Assembly: GCA_037133915.1 (NCBI GenBank)
Contig: JBAXND010000007.1
Span: forward strand, 4,085 to 68,084
DNA length: 64,000 nucleotides
Source of the DNA: Bacteroidota bacterium
GTDB lineage: Bacteria; Bacteroidota; Bacteroidia; Bacteroidales; CAIWKO01
Direction of reading: 5' to 3'
The notes beneath the pieces were generated by a model, which was not told the origin of the DNA, ran no database searches, and saw only the letters and a list, made by a program, of their open reading frames with translations. Position numbers and translations under genes: made by a program. Positions 37,301 to 46,963 of this stretch are shown one piece after another. Position 1 is the stretch's first letter. Every line of letters starts with the position of its first letter.

Positions 37301-38179
37301 GGCACCAAGGCTCGGTGTAATAAAATACACTGCTTTTTGTGAATATTTATTAATCTGGTGCCTGAACTCATTGCCTGTGCCACTGTAATTCCAGGTTGCG
37401 GTTCCTTTTGCATAAAATAATATATAATCGTTCGGGCCGAAATTTCCGTCGCCTTCACCTGCCACATAGATAGCATTTTCAGCCAGGTCATCAAAGCGGG
37501 GGGCGGCATTGCTTTCAGGAAGCATCTGACCGCCATTACCGTATATCCGAATGTTCCGCGGATCAATTCCCGACACATCCATACCCATTTTTTGGAGGTC
37601 ATTGTATGTAATTTTATAGATGCCGTTGGCCGACACTTTAAACTTAAACCAGCTGCCATTTTTAAGTACAGAAGCGGATGCGTAAACACGTGATTTTTTT
37701 TGTGTAAACGGAGCGGGTGTTTTTGACGGTCCAATCTGCAAACGGAATGATACGAGTTTCTCAAGCGTGCCGTTTGCCGGATTCAGGCGTAATGGAATGA
37801 ATTTTACCACCGTATGCGCCTTTTTCTTTTCATATACAACTTCTGTTGAAACAGCAATCGTTGATTGAATTGAAGCCGTTTTATTCATCACCGACAATTC
37901 TTCGGCACTTAAAGGTTTAAAAACAGCATCTGAAATAGCTGCTTCAGGCAAAAAGCCGCCTGACTGCCCCGGCAGTTCCTGAAAAAACCACGGAAGACCG
38001 GAGTCATCGGCATACACAGCTCCTTCAAAATTCAGAAAGCTTGCGGCAGAAATTTCCGAGATGGTGATTGTTCGTGGCGATTTCCAAACAATCGTCTGCA
38101 TCTTGGCATCTTGCCCGGAAGCAATAATGCCTGAAAACAGCAAGCAGGCAAAAACTATTATGAAAGGTCGTAACTTCAT
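34310..38179 (-). CDS. PorU-like peptidase C25-family protein, copy 2 (longer N-terminus)
   Basis: Same block order as copy 1: INYIGHGGEIGW (His), FVTATCEFSRFDDP (Cys), KYLLLFGDGSFD, IGIGRMP and WRNVICFVADDSD, with a C-terminal LNYPNPFTTYTEFWFEHNQ ... VYIYKLSVRG domain. It has ~130 extra residues at the N-terminus. Confidence 0.8.
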   Translation of the reverse strand: MKLRPFIIVFACLLFSGIIASGQDAKMQTIVWKSPRTITISEISAASFLNFEGAVYADDSGLPWFFQELPGQSGGFLPEAAISDAVFKPLSAEELSVMNKTASIQSTIAVSTEVVYEKKKAHTVVKFIPLRLNPANGTLEKLVSFRLQIGPSKTPAPFTQKKSRVYASASVLKNGSWFKFKVSANGIYKITYNDLQKMGMDVSGIDPRNIRIYGNGGQMLPESNAAPRFDDLAENAIYVAGEGDGNFGPNDYILFYAKGTATWNYSGTGNEFRHQINKYSQKAVYFITPSLGAGKRITTIPSLSQSPNYYVHTFNDFDFHEKDSLNLIKSGREWYGEAFDVKTSYSFNYGFSNLAAGSRMLIRSNVAGRGVGISTNFKLYANGSLALTQLIPAASPDYTSAYALVADDTISVPATSSLNLRLDFYKGGSTTPLGWLNYFEINVLRNLSFTIGQMDFRSAASIGKGVSEFSISDAPSNIEVWDVSDFVNPKIINGSMAGNTYSFRVNTDSLHEFVAHDGSGFNTIEDGTAMANQNLHGLGQYDMVIITYPAFESEANRIAQLHADLENMTVAVIPVDLVYNEFSSGIQDITAIKDLMKMFYDRAGSNTALLPKYLLLFGDGSFDYLDRISGNTNFVPTFESWNSLEPTASYLTDDYYGFLDDTESGSYGGRLDIGIGRMPVKDLEEARNCVDKLYRYTARRDLATQTPVCSGYSTGVSNLGDWRNVICFVADDSDKSGEHFLEESDKIAENIDTVYPNYNLDKIYFDAYVQESTPGGQRYPDVETAINQRVDKGALIINYIGHGGEIGWAHEQVLGIADINKWSNIYNMPLFVTATCEFSRFDDPGRSAAGEYTYLNPNGGAIALFTTTRLAFSGSNADLNTIFFSNVLKKTSGKYPAMGDVVRKSKNDYSCASVISNFVLLGDPAMRLAYPEFNVITSTINTHPVGGTDTIKAMAKVTVTGYVEDNAGNKKTDFNGIIYPTVMDKRLKVTSRGNDAGSPINFFMQKNNIYKGKSSVVNGDFTFSFIVPKDIAYNFGKGRISYYSQNGTTDANGNFEQFIIGGTESFTNTDNGGPSIHLYMNNERFVSGGLTDPNPLLLAIVSDSSGINTVGTGIGHDVSAVLDENTDKTVVLNDYYEADLNTYKSGRVRYPFSKLAVGSHSLNFKAWDVFNNSSESSLDFVVAESASLALSHVLNYPNPFTTYTEFWFEHNQPCCGLSVQIQIFTISGKLIKTINAAVQTNGFRADPIPWDGTDDFGDPIGKGVYIYKLSVRGNDGTYADKIEKLVILK

Positions 38180-38212
38180 TAATCAAGGATTTGCATTACA
38201 AGGTATTTATGG

Positions 38213-38220
38213 CAAAAGTA
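38213..38220 (-). promoter_or_regulatory. Candidate -7 box (TActTTTG on minus strand) upstream of porU-like copy 2
   Basis: The plus strand reads CAAAAGTA, 33 nt upstream of the ATG at 38179. Confidence 0.35.
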
Positions 38221-38482
38221 TAAAACAGCAGCCAAAAGAAACGGTAATAATTAAATAATTAGTAATATTTTGTAACATTCGGACGTTTTTAAAGTATAAA
38301 CTGAAAAAAATCTTATTTTTGTAGCGCATAGAAAATATAATAATATTATCTTTGCTAAACAGAAGTAAGCAAGTAACGGAAATTTGAATAGCATATTGTT
38401 TTAGGGAAGCTGATATTTTACAGAAAAAAAGATGCCATCAGCCAATTAAAATAATATTTTGGCGTTATAAAAAAACATCTTT

Positions 38483-39472
38483 ATGAGAAAATCATACATA
38501 CGGGCGTTACCACTAATCTTACTCCTGCTTGCAGGGAAGCTGACGTTTGCTCAGGATCCGCATTTTTCGCAATACTATGCGAATCCGTTGTATCTGAACC
38601 CGGCTTTTGCAGGCACGTCAATGTGTCCACGCCTCATCATGAATTTCAGAGATCAATGGCCGAAGATATCGGGTACGTACGTAACCTATAATGCTTCTTA
38701 TGACCAGCACATTGAGAAAATATCCGGCGGTATCGGCTTTTTACTGAATACAGACCGTGCCGGAGAAGGCGTATTGAACACCACCACTTTTTCAGCCATG
38801 TACTCCTACCGTCTCGAGATAAGCCGCTCATTCTCCATGAAAGCAGCCCTTGAAGCGACATATTTCCAAAAACATTTAGACTGGGAAAAGCTGACGTTCC
38901 CCGATCAGATTAACAACAGACAGGGATTCGTTTATAATACCAATGAAGTTCAACCCGGAACGCTTGTAAAACGCAACGTCGATTTTAGCGCCGGTGTGCT
39001 TGGTTATGGCGAAAACTTTTTTGCAGGTTTTGCCGTTCACCATCTTACCAAGCCCGACGAAGGCTTTATCAGCCTGAGCCGCATACCGAGAAAATTCACC
39101 GTTCATGCAGGCGGTGTTATCAACCTTGTTAAAAAGATTCGTCGCAGACATAATTACGACAGTCCTACCATTTCTCCGAATATTTTATTCATGCAACAGC
39201 AAAATTTCCAGCAAATAAATTATGGCGTGTATTTCAACCGTTTCCCGTTTGTAGGTGGAATCTGGTTCCGTCAGAATTTCAAAAATGCTGATGCATTCAT
39301 TTTTATGGCAGGTATTCAGGCAAGTATGTTCAAACTCGGTTACAGTTATGACCTCACCGTGTCGAAACTGACAAATGCTACCGGGGGCGCACACGAAGTT
39401 TCGTTTGCACTTCAGTTTAACTGCAAACCCGAAAGAAAGAAGGCCCGTGCAATAAACTGCCCGTCCTTTTAG
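38483..39472 (+). CDS. PorP/SprF-family T9SS membrane protein
   Basis: AQDPHFSQYYANPLYLNPAFAG directly after the signal peptide is the family hallmark. ~330-aa beta-barrel-like sequence. Confidence 0.8.
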   Translation: MRKSYIRALPLILLLLAGKLTFAQDPHFSQYYANPLYLNPAFAGTSMCPRLIMNFRDQWPKISGTYVTYNASYDQHIEKISGGIGFLLNTDRAGEGVLNTTTFSAMYSYRLEISRSFSMKAALEATYFQKHLDWEKLTFPDQINNRQGFVYNTNEVQPGTLVKRNVDFSAGVLGYGENFFAGFAVHHLTKPDEGFISLSRIPRKFTVHAGGVINLVKKIRRRHNYDSPTISPNILFMQQQNFQQINYGVYFNRFPFVGGIWFRQNFKNADAFIFMAGIQASMFKLGYSYDLTVSKLTNATGGAHEVSFALQFNCKPERKKARAINCPSF

Positions 39473-39508
39473 TTATTAATTATTGAACCAGGAAATCATA
39501 ATACAACT

Positions 39509-40987
39509 ATGAAATATAGCGGAATAATAAGAAATCTGGCACTGTTCGCGGGTGCTGTCATGATCTTCTCCTCCTGCAAAAAAGAAGCATCAAGCACTAC
39601 CGGCTGGGAGTATAACAATCCTAAGAACGGTGGTTTTGAAGTTGTACCTTACGAAGAGCAGGAAACCGGACCCGGTCTTGTACTGGTTGAAGGCGGAACG
39701 TTTGTGATGGGTCGCACAGAACAGGATGTGATGTACGAATGGGACAACATCCCCAGAAGGGTAACCGTTTCCTCATTCTATCTTGACCAGACCGAAGTTC
39801 GCAACCTTGACTATTGCGAATACCTGTATTGGTTAAAGAGGGTTTTCGGCGTTGACTATCCTGAAGTATATAATAAAAGTGTTCCCGATACACTGGTATG
39901 GCGCGAGCGTCTGGCTTATAACGAGCCGATGGTTGAGTATTACCTGCGTCACCCGTCATACCGCGAATATCCAGTTGTTGGTGTTAGCTGGGTTCAGGCC
40001 ACTGACTATTGCGCTTGGCGTACCGACCGCGTAAATGAATATATTCTTGTCAGGGAAGGCATCCTGAAAATGGACCCGAACCAGCAGAACGAAGAAAACT
40101 TCAACACAGATGCTTATTTAGCAGGACAATATGAAGGTGTTGTGAAAAACGACCTTTATGATATTAACCCCAATGGTACCGGAACGCGTAAAGTACGGAT
40201 GGAAGATGGAATTCTTTTGCCGCGCTATCGCCTCCCGACTGAAGCCGAATGGGAATTTGCAGCACTTGGTCTGATTGGTAATACCATTTACGAACGTATT
40301 CTTGAGAGAAGAATTTATCCGTGGAACGGACATATTCTCCGGAACGACCGTTCTAACAACCTTGGCGAATTTACAGGTAACTTTGTAAGAGGCCGCGGAG
40401 ACTATATGGGTGTTGCAGGCAACCTCAACGATGCTGCCGATATTACAGCTCCCGTTTACGCATACTGGCCCAATGATTATGGACTCTATGGCATGGGCGG
40501 CAACGCTGCCGAATGGGTAATGGATGTTTACAGACCATTAAGTCTTGAAGATTTTTCCGAGTTCAGACCATTCAGGGGTAATCAATTCCAGACTCAGGTT
40601 CGCGATGTTGACGGACTGCTGGAAGATAAAGACAGCCTTGGCCGTATTAAAATGCGCGATGTTACCGTTGAAGAATCGGCAAACAGACGCAACTACAGAC
40701 AATCGGACAACAGAAACTATATCGACGGCGATTATACAACAACCATTAACACCGCCGGTGACTGGACAACTGTTGACGAAAATGAAGCTACCAATCCTGT
40801 TTATGACTATGGCAATCATTCTATGATTAATGATAAAGCCAGAGTTTACAAAGGTGGCAGCTGGAGAGACCGCGCATACTGGCTCAGCCCAGGTACCCGC
40901 AGGTATCTTGACGAAAACCAAAAAACTGATTTTATAGGCTTTAGATGTGCCATGACCAGGGTAGGTAGTCCTGTCGGCAATTACTAA
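39509..40987 (+). CDS. gldJ: Gliding-motility/T9SS lipoprotein GldJ (FGE/SUMF1-domain, GldJ/GldK family)
   Basis: Lipobox IFSSC. TTGWEYNNPKNGGFE, YLRHPSYREYPVVGVSWVQATDYCAWRTDRVNE and GGSWRDRAYW fit GldJ as I remember it. murF follows it rather than gldL-like genes, which favours GldJ over GldK/PorK. Confidence 0.72.
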   Translation: MKYSGIIRNLALFAGAVMIFSSCKKEASSTTGWEYNNPKNGGFEVVPYEEQETGPGLVLVEGGTFVMGRTEQDVMYEWDNIPRRVTVSSFYLDQTEVRNLDYCEYLYWLKRVFGVDYPEVYNKSVPDTLVWRERLAYNEPMVEYYLRHPSYREYPVVGVSWVQATDYCAWRTDRVNEYILVREGILKMDPNQQNEENFNTDAYLAGQYEGVVKNDLYDINPNGTGTRKVRMEDGILLPRYRLPTEAEWEFAALGLIGNTIYERILERRIYPWNGHILRNDRSNNLGEFTGNFVRGRGDYMGVAGNLNDAADITAPVYAYWPNDYGLYGMGGNAAEWVMDVYRPLSLEDFSEFRPFRGNQFQTQVRDVDGLLEDKDSLGRIKMRDVTVEESANRRNYRQSDNRNYIDGDYTTTINTAGDWTTVDENEATNPVYDYGNHSMINDKARVYKGGSWRDRAYWLSPGTRRYLDENQKTDFIGFRCAMTRVGSPVGNY

Positions 40988-41054
40988 AATCTGAATACAA
41001 CATATTTAAACCCCATTTAGCAATAGATGGGGTTTTCTTTTAAGTTCCCTTAAT

Positions 41055-42329
41055 ATGACGATTGAAAACCTGTATCACGTTTACCTTAGCCATCCCACAG
41101 TATGCACCGATACCCGCAGTATCGAAAAGGGATGCCTGTTCTTCTGCCTTCGCGGCGATACGTTCGACGGCAACACATTTGCAACCAAAGCCCTTGAACA
41201 AGGCGCTGCCTTTGTAATTACCGAAGACGCGACACTCACCGGCGAAGGATTTATCCATACCCCTAATGCCCTGCTGACACTGCAGCAACTCGCCCTTCAT
41301 CACCGAATGCAGTTGAATATACCCGTACTTGGCATTACGGGCACCAACGGAAAAACTACCACCAAAGAACTTGTGAAAGCTGTTCTTGAGCGTAAATTCA
41401 AGGTAAGCGCTACCGTTGGGAATCTCAATAACCATATCGGTGTTCCGTTAAGCCTGCTGCGTATACACCCTGACACTGAAATTGCAATTATAGAAATGGG
41501 CGCCAACCACCCCGGCGAGATTGCGGAACTATGCACACTGGCAGATCCTAATTTCGGGATTATCACAAATATTGGTAAAGCACACCTTGAAGGCTTCGGC
41601 AGCTTCGAAAATATTATCCGGACGAAAGAAGCCCTATATATATATGTAAGAAATCACGACGGTATTTTGTTCGTGAACGAGCAGAATGAGCTATTGATTG
41701 GGTTATCGGAAAACTGTGAACGTATTACTTACGGAACAGGCGAAGATGCTGCCTACCGGGGTTCAATTATTGATTCAAACCCTGTTCTCAAAATACAGTG
41801 GGATGAATATGAAATTAACACCCGGATGACCGGAAAATACAATTTTGAGAACATCATGTCGGCCATCGCTGTGGGATGCTTTTTCGGTGTGCCGGAAACG
41901 GAAATAGTGTCGGCATTAGAAGAATATGCACCTTCAAACAGCCGTTCGCAATTGCTGAAAACGGCTACCAATTTTGTGATTCTCGACGCCTACAATGCCA
42001 ATCCTACAAGTATGGAAGCGGCACTGGAAAACTTTAATGCCATGGACGGAATCCGGAAGGCATTACTGCTCGGAGATATGCTGGAACTGGGCGAAACCAG
42101 AGAAGCAGAACACCGCGGCATTTTAAACATCGTTGCCAACATGAATGTTGACCTTGTATTGCTCACCGGACCGGTATTCAGTGCTGTATGTGAGCATAAA
42201 GAATGGCATTGTTTTGCAAATTCTGATGATACCTTTGTCTGGTTACAGACACACCCTATAAGCGGCTATTCGGTATTGGTAAAAGGCTCGCGCGGAATAC
42301 GGCTCGAAAAGGCCGTTCCGGCATTATAA
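41055..42329 (+). CDS. murF: UDP-N-acetylmuramoyl-tripeptide--D-alanyl-D-alanine ligase
   Basis: DTRSIEKGCLFFCLRGDTFDGN, GITGTNGKTTTKE and DAYNANPTSMEAAL are Mur ligase/MurF blocks. Confidence 0.88.
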   Translation: MTIENLYHVYLSHPTVCTDTRSIEKGCLFFCLRGDTFDGNTFATKALEQGAAFVITEDATLTGEGFIHTPNALLTLQQLALHHRMQLNIPVLGITGTNGKTTTKELVKAVLERKFKVSATVGNLNNHIGVPLSLLRIHPDTEIAIIEMGANHPGEIAELCTLADPNFGIITNIGKAHLEGFGSFENIIRTKEALYIYVRNHDGILFVNEQNELLIGLSENCERITYGTGEDAAYRGSIIDSNPVLKIQWDEYEINTRMTGKYNFENIMSAIAVGCFFGVPETEIVSALEEYAPSNSRSQLLKTATNFVILDAYNANPTSMEAALENFNAMDGIRKALLLGDMLELGETREAEHRGILNIVANMNVDLVLLTGPVFSAVCEHKEWHCFANSDDTFVWLQTHPISGYSVLVKGSRGIRLEKAVPAL

Positions 42330-42338
42330 TAATATTCC

Positions 42339-43406
42339 ATGGAACAGCTTTACCACGTTATAGGAATCATGTCGGGCACATCGCTTGATGGAGTTGATTT
42401 GGCGTACTGTGAATTCCGCTGCAACGAAAACAGATGGCATTACGCAATTATAGAAGCCGTGACCTGCCCTTACCCTTTGGGATGGCCGGAAAAATTACGA
42501 CAGCTGGAAACCGGCAGTGCATTGGATCTGGCAAAGACTCACAACGAACTTGGAAGGCTGTATGGCTCAATGGTGGCATCATTCATTGAAACACACCGGC
42601 TCAAACCATTGTTTATTGCCTCTCACGGGCATACGATTTTTCATCAGCCCGGAAATGGGTTTACCACTCAAATTGGCGACGGAGCTGCCATTGCTGCAAA
42701 GTGCGGCTTGCCGGTTATCAATGATTTCAGAAGCATGGATGTTGCATTGGGCGGACAGGGCGCACCTCTGGTTCCAATGGGCGACCGACTTCTGTTCTCA
42801 GATTTTGATTATTGCCTGAATATAGGCGGTTTTGCAAATATATCATATGAAAAATCAGGCAAACGGCTGGCTTATGATGTGTGCCCGGCAAACATAGTAT
42901 TGAATGAACTTGCCCAGTCATCGGGTAAAGCATATGACAACGACGGCAACATTGCAAGGCAGGGCCGCATCGACGAAAAGCTGCTGAATGCATTGAATGG
43001 GCTGAACTATTATAAAATATCACCACCAAAATCACTTGGACGGGAATGGCTTTGTGCTGAGTTTTTGCCCATGCTGCACGAATCAAAGCGCAGGCTTGAA
43101 GATAATATGGCGACCGTTGTTGAGCATATTGCAACCCAAATAGGTGCAGCCGTGACCGGGAATAGCAACGGAAAGCTGCTGTTAACGGGAGGCGGAGCAT
43201 ACAATAATTTTCTGGTAGAACGAATACGGTTTCATAGCAATGCACAAATTATCGTACCCGATGCTCTCACTGTTGAATTTAAGGAAGCACTTATCTTTGC
43301 ATTTCTGGGAGTGCTGCGATGGCGCAATGAAAATAACGGCCTGAGCTCGGTTACCGGCGCCAGAGCAGACAGTTGCGGAGGAGCGGTATATTCAGGTAAT
43401 AGGTAA
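42339..43406 (+). CDS. anmK: Anhydro-N-acetylmuramic acid kinase
   Basis: IGIMSGTSLDGVDLA at the N-terminus, DFRSMDVALGGQGAPLVP and LLLTGGGAYNNFL. Confidence 0.88.
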   Translation: MEQLYHVIGIMSGTSLDGVDLAYCEFRCNENRWHYAIIEAVTCPYPLGWPEKLRQLETGSALDLAKTHNELGRLYGSMVASFIETHRLKPLFIASHGHTIFHQPGNGFTTQIGDGAAIAAKCGLPVINDFRSMDVALGGQGAPLVPMGDRLLFSDFDYCLNIGGFANISYEKSGKRLAYDVCPANIVLNELAQSSGKAYDNDGNIARQGRIDEKLLNALNGLNYYKISPPKSLGREWLCAEFLPMLHESKRRLEDNMATVVEHIATQIGAAVTGNSNGKLLLTGGGAYNNFLVERIRFHSNAQIIVPDALTVEFKEALIFAFLGVLRWRNENNGLSSVTGARADSCGGAVYSGNR

Positions 43407-43436
43407 TAAGTAATAAGTAATAGGTAATAGGTAACA
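43395..43436. repeat. Six tandem copies of the heptamer RGTAATA
   Basis: ggtaata ggtaata agtaata agtaata ggtaata ggtaaca is read directly. It spans the last four codons and the stop of anmK and continues 30 nt beyond. Confidence 0.8.
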
Positions 43437-43507
43437 ATTCAACAAGCCTGTCCGCCTATGGCGGAGCAATTTGAAAATAAATAGAATTGTAGAAAAAATA
43501 ATTGAAA

Positions 43508-44599
43508 ATGGATAACATCATTGAGATACTTGAGCGTACTTATTTGGGAAATACCGTTGAGACCTATTTATGGTTTGTCGGAATCCTTATTCTGGGTGCT
43601 TCGTTCACTCATTTGCTGAGCAAGCTTATCAGCCGGTTATTGTACCGATTTTTCAGGAAACAGGCGGCTGAAATTGGCGTACAGAAATTCTTTCACCTTA
43701 TTAAAAAGCCGATGCGGCTGTTTATTATATTGATTTTTGTGTATCTGGCCTGTGACCGCATTGAATTTCCTCAAAACTGGCATCTGTTGCCGCGCAGCGA
43801 ATTTGGATTGCGTATGGTGCTCATCAGTATTTATGAGATAACGCTGATTTCATCTATTATCTGGTTGTGTCTCAGGGTGGTTGATTTTTCAGGAATGATA
43901 TTCATGAAAAAGGCAGAAAAAGAGGATAATAAACTCAACGACCAGCTCATTCCGTTTGCCGTGGATATATTGAAAATTCTGGTGGTGATTCTGGGTATTT
44001 TTGTGATTCTTGGCTCGGTGTTTATGATTAATATCGGCTCTTTAATTGCCGGTCTGGGTATCGGAGGACTGGCGGTTGCGCTGGCCGCCAAAGAAACACT
44101 GGAGAACCTGTTCGGGTCTTTCGCCATATTTCTTGATAAACCCTTTATGGTGGGCGATTTGGTTAAGGTTGGCAACTTCACGGGTACGGTAGAAAAAATA
44201 GGATTCAGAAGTACACGCCTGCGCACACTCGATAAAACCTATATGTCTATCCCCAACAAAAAAATGATTGACTCCGAACTCGACAATATTACCCAGCGAA
44301 GCATGCAAAGAGTTATGGAGCCGCTGTATTTTGCGCCTTCAACTCCCCGCGATACCATCAAAACCATGATAGCGGAGCTGGAAAAAGCCATTTCTGCCCA
44401 TCCAAAGGTTGGAGATACCAATATCAAATTCGATAAAATTGAAAACAATACTATTAAAATGATGGTGCTTTACTTTATTCAATCTACCGAATGGGATGTT
44501 TATGTAGAAGTGAAGCAGGCTGTGAACTTCGATATTCTGGAAATTGTGCGCCGTAACAAGGCGGAGCTTGCCGCACCCATGCTTGCTATCGGGAAATAA
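43508..44599 (+). CDS. Small-conductance mechanosensitive channel (MscS) family protein
   Basis: N-terminal TMs, then the MscS core LIAGLGIGGLAVALAAKETLENLFGSFAIFLDKPFMVGDLVKVGNFTGTVEKIGFRSTRLRTLD. ATG at 43508 preferred over TTG at 43502. Confidence 0.85.
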   Translation: MDNIIEILERTYLGNTVETYLWFVGILILGASFTHLLSKLISRLLYRFFRKQAAEIGVQKFFHLIKKPMRLFIILIFVYLACDRIEFPQNWHLLPRSEFGLRMVLISIYEITLISSIIWLCLRVVDFSGMIFMKKAEKEDNKLNDQLIPFAVDILKILVVILGIFVILGSVFMINIGSLIAGLGIGGLAVALAAKETLENLFGSFAIFLDKPFMVGDLVKVGNFTGTVEKIGFRSTRLRTLDKTYMSIPNKKMIDSELDNITQRSMQRVMEPLYFAPSTPRDTIKTMIAELEKAISAHPKVGDTNIKFDKIENNTIKMMVLYFIQSTEWDVYVEVKQAVNFDILEIVRRNKAELAAPMLAIGK

Positions 44600-44872
44600 T
44601 TTGAATATAATAGTGTTGTGGCACAACATTATTTCACCTTTGCCGTATAAGGTCAGTTAATTTTTGAACTTTTGTAATACGGCATGAAAAAGCATTTATA
44701 TTTGCGCCCTGACAAAAAAATACCATGTTCAGACTCTGTTATACAAACAACGGCTACATCCTTCATCTCCTGCGTGCTTCAGGTAACTCGAGCTGTCCGT
44801 AATTCAGATTTTCCTGTTCAAATTTCAATTAAGGAAGATAACAAATAACTATTTTCGTTATAATCATTTTTA

Positions 44873-46822
44873 ATGCAGGCAAAAACACATAACGCACTTT
44901 CCAAACTCAGCTTCGCCGGATTCATCATTACCCTTGGTATTGTTTATGGCGACCTGGGAACGTCACCGCTGTATGTGCTGCGCGCCATTGTTTCGAACTC
45001 CACTGTTATCACACCTACACTTATTTATGGCGGATTGTCGTGCATCTTCTGGACGCTGACCTTCCAGTCAACGGTAAAATACATCATTGTAACTATTCGT
45101 GCCGATAATAAAGGTGAGGGCGGCATATTTGCCTTGTATGCCCTTATCAGAAAACGGGCACGCTGGGCCTTTGTCTTTGCAATTATAGGCGGCGCCACGC
45201 TTCTTGCCGATGGTATCATTACTCCTGCAATTACAGTAGTTTCTGCCGTTGAAGGTCTGGATATGGTCAGGTCTAATATTCCTACCGTGCCCATTGCACT
45301 GGGCATCATCTGCTTTTTATTCCTGATACAAAAATTCGGCACCGACCTGCTCGGAAAATCCTTTGGTCCGATTATGCTTATATGGTTCACAATGCTGGGG
45401 GTGCTTGGCTTATCGCATATTGTAGATTTCCCGGTGATTCTCAAAGCCGTGAATCCTTATTACGCCTATAAATTATTATCGGCCTACCCAAGCGGTTTCT
45501 TGTTGTTGGGAGCCGTATTTCTGTGTACCACAGGGGCCGAAGCACTGTATTCCGACCTTGGTCATTGCGGTATAAAGAATATCAGGGCAACCTGGATTTT
45601 TGTTAAAACCACCCTTATCCTGAATTACTTCGGACAGGGTGCCTGGCTGCTTACGCATAACATTCCGGATATTCATGCGGTGAATCCATTTTACGCCATC
45701 ATGCCTCAATGGTTCCTGATACCGGGGATATGCGTGGCAACAGCAGCGGCTGTTATAGCCAGTCAGGCACTTATCAGCGGTTCATTCTCCATCATCAATG
45801 AGGCTATATTGCTGAACTTCTGGCCGAAATTTAAAATAAAATATCCGACACCAATAAAAGGACAACTTTATATACCGACGATAAACTCGTTTCTATGGGT
45901 ATCGTGCATGCTCGTTATTATTTTCTTTCAGAAATCGAGCAATATGGAGGCCGCTTACGGACTTTCCATCACCATTACAATGCTTATGACGACCTGCCTG
46001 CTGGCCGTATATTTTCTGCAGCATAAGATTCCGAAATACATCACGGTTCCGTTTATTGCCACCTATCTGATTATAGAAGGTTCGTTTCTGCTGGCCAATC
46101 TGAACAAGTTCATTCACGGAGGTTGGGTAACGGTAGTAATAGCAGGCATTCTGCTCTTCATAATGTATGTATGGTACAAAGGCCGTATGCTGAAAAACCG
46201 TTTTATTGAATTCATCAAAATAGCGCCTTACGCGGATATCCTGAAGGATTTGAAAATAGACGAAACCGTTCCGAAATACGCCACGAATCTTGTGTATCTC
46301 ACGCGTGCCGATAAAACAACGGAAGTAGAATCAAAGATTATTACATCCATCATTAACAAGCAACCCAAACGTGCCGACCTTTACTGGCTGATACATATAG
46401 ACATTCTGGATGAGCCGCGCACCATGGAATACAAGATTACACACATTATACCTGATACACTGATAAAAGTTGATTTCAGGCTCGGATTTAAAGTGCAGCC
46501 CAGGATTAATTTATTCTTTAAGCAGGTAATTGATGAAATGATTGCTCATCATGAAGTTGACCTTGTTTCCAATTATCCATCGCTTAAAAAGCATGGTATC
46601 ATGGGCGATTTCCGCTATATCATCATTGACCGCATACAGAATTACGACTTTGATTTCCCATGGTTCGACCAGTTTATCATGGATGTCTATACCATACTTA
46701 AAAATATAGGCATCACTGAAGTGCGCGCTTACGGACTCGACACCAGCAATATTATTGTTGAAAAGGTAGCACTTTCGCTGCCCCGCACGGGCAAAGTGAA
46801 CCTGAGAAGAGCCAAATGCTGA
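44873..46822 (+). CDS. kup: KUP/HAK/KT-family potassium transporter
   Basis: GIVYGDLGTSPLYVL, GEGGIFALYAL and GAEALYSDLGHCG are the family signatures. 649 aa. Confidence 0.9.
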   Translation: MQAKTHNALSKLSFAGFIITLGIVYGDLGTSPLYVLRAIVSNSTVITPTLIYGGLSCIFWTLTFQSTVKYIIVTIRADNKGEGGIFALYALIRKRARWAFVFAIIGGATLLADGIITPAITVVSAVEGLDMVRSNIPTVPIALGIICFLFLIQKFGTDLLGKSFGPIMLIWFTMLGVLGLSHIVDFPVILKAVNPYYAYKLLSAYPSGFLLLGAVFLCTTGAEALYSDLGHCGIKNIRATWIFVKTTLILNYFGQGAWLLTHNIPDIHAVNPFYAIMPQWFLIPGICVATAAAVIASQALISGSFSIINEAILLNFWPKFKIKYPTPIKGQLYIPTINSFLWVSCMLVIIFFQKSSNMEAAYGLSITITMLMTTCLLAVYFLQHKIPKYITVPFIATYLIIEGSFLLANLNKFIHGGWVTVVIAGILLFIMYVWYKGRMLKNRFIEFIKIAPYADILKDLKIDETVPKYATNLVYLTRADKTTEVESKIITSIINKQPKRADLYWLIHIDILDEPRTMEYKITHIIPDTLIKVDFRLGFKVQPRINLFFKQVIDEMIAHHEVDLVSNYPSLKKHGIMGDFRYIIIDRIQNYDFDFPWFDQFIMDVYTILKNIGITEVRAYGLDTSNIIVEKVALSLPRTGKVNLRRAKC

Positions 46823-46963
46823 GATTAGACATACGATAAAAGACGAAAGATAACAGACAAATGTGACTTCTTCGTCTATCTTTTGAAAACAAAAACGCGA
46901 ATATTGCGTTAGCACTTTCAGAACAATCCTATACATTTGCTATACAGAAAAAAGTAATTGTTC

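Noticed and set aside
44600-44872. 273-nt region upstream of kup, considered as a c-di-AMP (ydaO-type) or other riboswitch. It has a large-loop hairpin tgccgtat...atacggca, a TAtaTTTG box at 44697-44704 and a 54-codon upstream ORF at 44684-44848.
   Set aside because: I cannot find the conserved ydaO-type core sequences. The hairpins are AT-rich and unremarkable. The small ORF has no convincing features. A covariance-model scan would settle it, but I have no positive evidence.
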